A stretch of 64,000 nt of DNA from Patescibacteria group bacterium. GTDB taxonomy: Bacteria; Patescibacteriota; Minisyncoccia; Phycocordibacterales; Phycocordibacteraceae. Location: the NCBI GenBank assembly GCA_004322365.1, contig SCTS01000003.1, forward strand, positions 2,709-66,708, given 5' to 3'. Shown here piece after piece: positions 61,449 to 64,000 of this stretch; within the stretch, counting starts at the first letter, position 1; each line of letters starts with the position of its first letter. The notes under the pieces are model-generated. The model was given only the letters and a program-made list of their open reading frames with translations. It was not told the DNA's origin and ran no database searches. Made by a program: the position numbers and the translations under genes.

Positions 61449-62696
61449 TTGTTATGTTATATTTTGAGGATGTCTCGTCGCCACACACTGCAATTTCTCG
61501 TTATTTTTGCACTCCTTGCAATTCCAGTACTCATTTATTTTGCTCCAGCTTTTGTAGCTTTCCTTTATAACACTCTTACTTTTTTAGCCCCTCTATGGCT
61601 CCCCGCCGCACTTCTAGCTACGCTCTGGCCTCTATGGCTCAATGTCATTCGCTCTAGATTTGTTGACTCAATTCCTTATGTCACGCTTGAATTAAAGCCG
61701 GGTGATGAGACGCCTTCTACTGCAAAAGCAATGGAGCTTGTTTTTTATTCTCTGTATCACCGGACAAACATTTCGCGAATAGATGCCTATTTTCATGGCA
61801 AAGTTCGTTCATCGTGGTCGTTTGAAGTATATGCACACAATGGTCGTGTACGATTTTTTGCCCATGTGCCAGAGAGTTATCGTGTATTACTTGAAGGACG
61901 AATCCAAGCGGAATATCGTGATATTGATATTCATGAAGTGCGTGATTATTCGAGAGAGCTTCATTTCGACCCTCTCCATATGCGACTTACTGCACGCGAA
62001 TACACTCTCGCAAAACCAGACCCGTATCCATTAAAAACTTATGTCTCATATGAAGGTGGGCAGGGGAAACGAGATGTCTTTGGTGAAATTGTAGAAGGGT
62101 TAGCACATACCAACACACATGAACATGTGTTTCTTTCAATAATAATGCGACCACACCAACGGGATCGTTACAATATTTTTGAAAATCCACGAGACACGCT
62201 TCATGAGGCAGCGCATATTGAAATTAAAAAATTAGTTGGTGCGCAAGGTGAAATGAGTAAGCTTGCACCAACAACTAAAGCTATAGTGAGCGCTATAGAG
62301 TCAGCGTTAAACAAACCTTCCTTCGATTGCGGTATACGGTCGCTTTATATTGCAGACAAAGATCATTTTGACGAGTCGTACGAACAAAAACTCACGCATT
62401 TACTCGACCTTTTAAACGACAATGATTTGAACGGCTTTGTTGCGTATGACCCCAATCATCGCCCTGGCTTCATATTGTCTGAGATTTTTGGTGCAGTCCC
62501 TATACTCGCTTCATCGCATCTTCTAAACTTATATCGTCGTCGAGCTTTTTTTGCTCCACCCTACTATGGGAAAGCATTTGTACTTAACACTGAAGAGTTA
62601 GCGACATTGTTTCACTTACCGCACGCGAGTCGTGGTAGTGCACTGGCTCGTATGCGTGGTCTTACGCTGGAACCGCCTGAGAATTTACCTATTTAG
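61449..62696 (+). CDS. hypothetical membrane-anchored protein (2 N-terminal TM helices, large soluble domain, no NTP-binding motif)
   Basis: ORF track 415 aa. Confidence 0.5.
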   Translation: MLCYILRMSRRHTLQFLVIFALLAIPVLIYFAPAFVAFLYNTLTFLAPLWLPAALLATLWPLWLNVIRSRFVDSIPYVTLELKPGDETPSTAKAMELVFYSLYHRTNISRIDAYFHGKVRSSWSFEVYAHNGRVRFFAHVPESYRVLLEGRIQAEYRDIDIHEVRDYSRELHFDPLHMRLTAREYTLAKPDPYPLKTYVSYEGGQGKRDVFGEIVEGLAHTNTHEHVFLSIIMRPHQRDRYNIFENPRDTLHEAAHIEIKKLVGAQGEMSKLAPTTKAIVSAIESALNKPSFDCGIRSLYIADKDHFDESYEQKLTHLLDLLNDNDLNGFVAYDPNHRPGFILSEIFGAVPILASSHLLNLYRRRAFFAPPYYGKAFVLNTEELATLFHLPHASRGSALARMRGLTLEPPENLPI

Positions 62697-62743
62697 TAAG
62701 GGTTTAGTGTTTAGTGGCCAGCGTTTAGCTTTCAGGTTTTAAA

Positions 62744-63697
62744 ATGCAAAACAACACAAAGAAAATAATTTATATCATTGCATGGGTTTTGGTTGTTTCT
62801 GTATTTGCCGTATACAGTCTATTCATTGCATCTCCTTTGAATTTCCAGAAGGATTCCATTGTTACAATTTCCTCAGGGACGAGCGTAGAGGAGGCTGGAG
62901 AATTATTGAAAGCAAAGCATGTTATTCGATCTCCGTTCATGTTTTCAGTGCTTGTTCGAATTATCTACCCTTCAGGTATTATTGCTAACCACTATTCGTT
63001 TTCTAAACCTCAGTCAGTGTTGGTGATTGCGTACCGTCTTGCAAAAGGGAAAACAGATTTGGTACCCCTTAAGGTAACTATTCCAGAAGGCTCTAGTTCT
63101 TTTGAGATTTCAAACATCCTGGAGAACACACTCAAGGATTTCGACTCGGTAACTTTTAAGACACTCGCAAAATCACAGGAGGGATACTTGTTTCCTGACA
63201 CGTATTTTTTCTTACCAGGAACTACACCTGAAGCAGTGATTGATACAATGCGTAAAAACTTTGATGAAAAAATAAAGCCCCTTGAGAGTGATATTGCTAC
63301 ATTTGGAAAACCAATGAATGAGGTATTGGCGATGGCTTCAATTCTTGAGAGGGAAGCGCGCCAGAGTGAAACCAGAAGAATGGTTGCGGGAATATTGTGG
63401 AAGCGAATATCTATTGGCATGCCACTTCAAGTTGATGCGGTTTTTGGATACATCTTTCAAAAAAGTGGCTATGCCCCAACGCTCACTGATTTACAAACTG
63501 ATTCTCTTTACAACACATATTTGCATCGAGGACTTCCACCAACGCCTATCGGCAATCCTGGTTTGGAGGCAATACAAGACGCCATAACACCAACAAAAAA
63601 TAACTACCTCTACTATCTGACCGACAAAGAGGGAAAGATTTATTATGCAAAGACATTTGCGGAACATCGGCTCAACAAACTAAAAGCCAGAAACTAA
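62744..63697 (+). CDS. mltG: endolytic murein transglycosylase MltG paralog
   Basis: N-terminal TM; LYNTYLHRGLPPTPIGNPG signature. Confidence 0.8.
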   Translation: MQNNTKKIIYIIAWVLVVSVFAVYSLFIASPLNFQKDSIVTISSGTSVEEAGELLKAKHVIRSPFMFSVLVRIIYPSGIIANHYSFSKPQSVLVIAYRLAKGKTDLVPLKVTIPEGSSSFEISNILENTLKDFDSVTFKTLAKSQEGYLFPDTYFFLPGTTPEAVIDTMRKNFDEKIKPLESDIATFGKPMNEVLAMASILEREARQSETRRMVAGILWKRISIGMPLQVDAVFGYIFQKSGYAPTLTDLQTDSLYNTYLHRGLPPTPIGNPGLEAIQDAITPTKNNYLYYLTDKEGKIYYAKTFAEHRLNKLKARN

Positions 63698-64000
63698 CAA
63701 GAGATTTGACCAAAGGTTGACAAGTTGCTGGTGTCTCTGTACCTGTAGCAGTGGGGCACTTACTTATAGCAGGATTACTTACTCCACCTCTCGGAGCTAT
63801 TGCTGCCGGTACTTTTGCGACCTCAGCACTTGTTTTTTGGTTAGCGCGAGGATACAGAAAAGGTAGAGAGAGCGTTCTTGATCATTGGAACAAATGGCCG
63901 GTAAAACCCGGTCGATAGTAGTACTGTATATTATTTTAAATAAATATGGGAGATCCAAGGCCTTATGAAATGCATAGTGGACACATTCCTGTGTCTGGAT

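Overview
This 64 kb window reads as a gene-dense, mostly plus-strand chromosomal segment of a small-genome bacterium. The gene content resembles Patescibacteria/CPR: many secreted and small zinc-ribbon proteins, little metabolism, weak Shine-Dalgarno usage, and -10 boxes sitting a few nt before start codons. Confident calls are an ABC-F ATPase, an ArsR regulator plus HI0933-like flavoprotein, TruB, class I fructose-bisphosphate aldolase, nrdAB, cysS, FKBP, tgt, rarA, uvrB-uvrA-short uvrC, ddl, PCD, pdxST, prs, two MltG paralogs, a full F1Fo ATP synthase operon (atpBEFHAG-orf-DC), an RND pump with a long periplasmic adaptor and an AbrB-type regulator, ychF and leuS. The most unusual content is a translationally coupled two-subunit ATP-citrate-lyase-like gene pair (aclB/aclA homologs) directly upstream of a tRNA island. 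That island carries four C34 isoacceptor tRNAs (Val-CAC, Pro-CGG, Ala-CGC, Arg-CCG), partial tRNA 3'-end direct repeats and long hairpins, which look like att-site relics. Other non-coding structure: a three-member family of 42-46 bp palindromes; paired ArsR-type operators flanking the arsR gene; a 120-nt inverted-repeat element overlapping the fba start codon; dispersed CCTAAAC/TATACACTA upstream motifs; and two promoter-sORF-terminator units for small Cys/His-rich peptides. No CRISPR array, transposase or integrase gene was seen.
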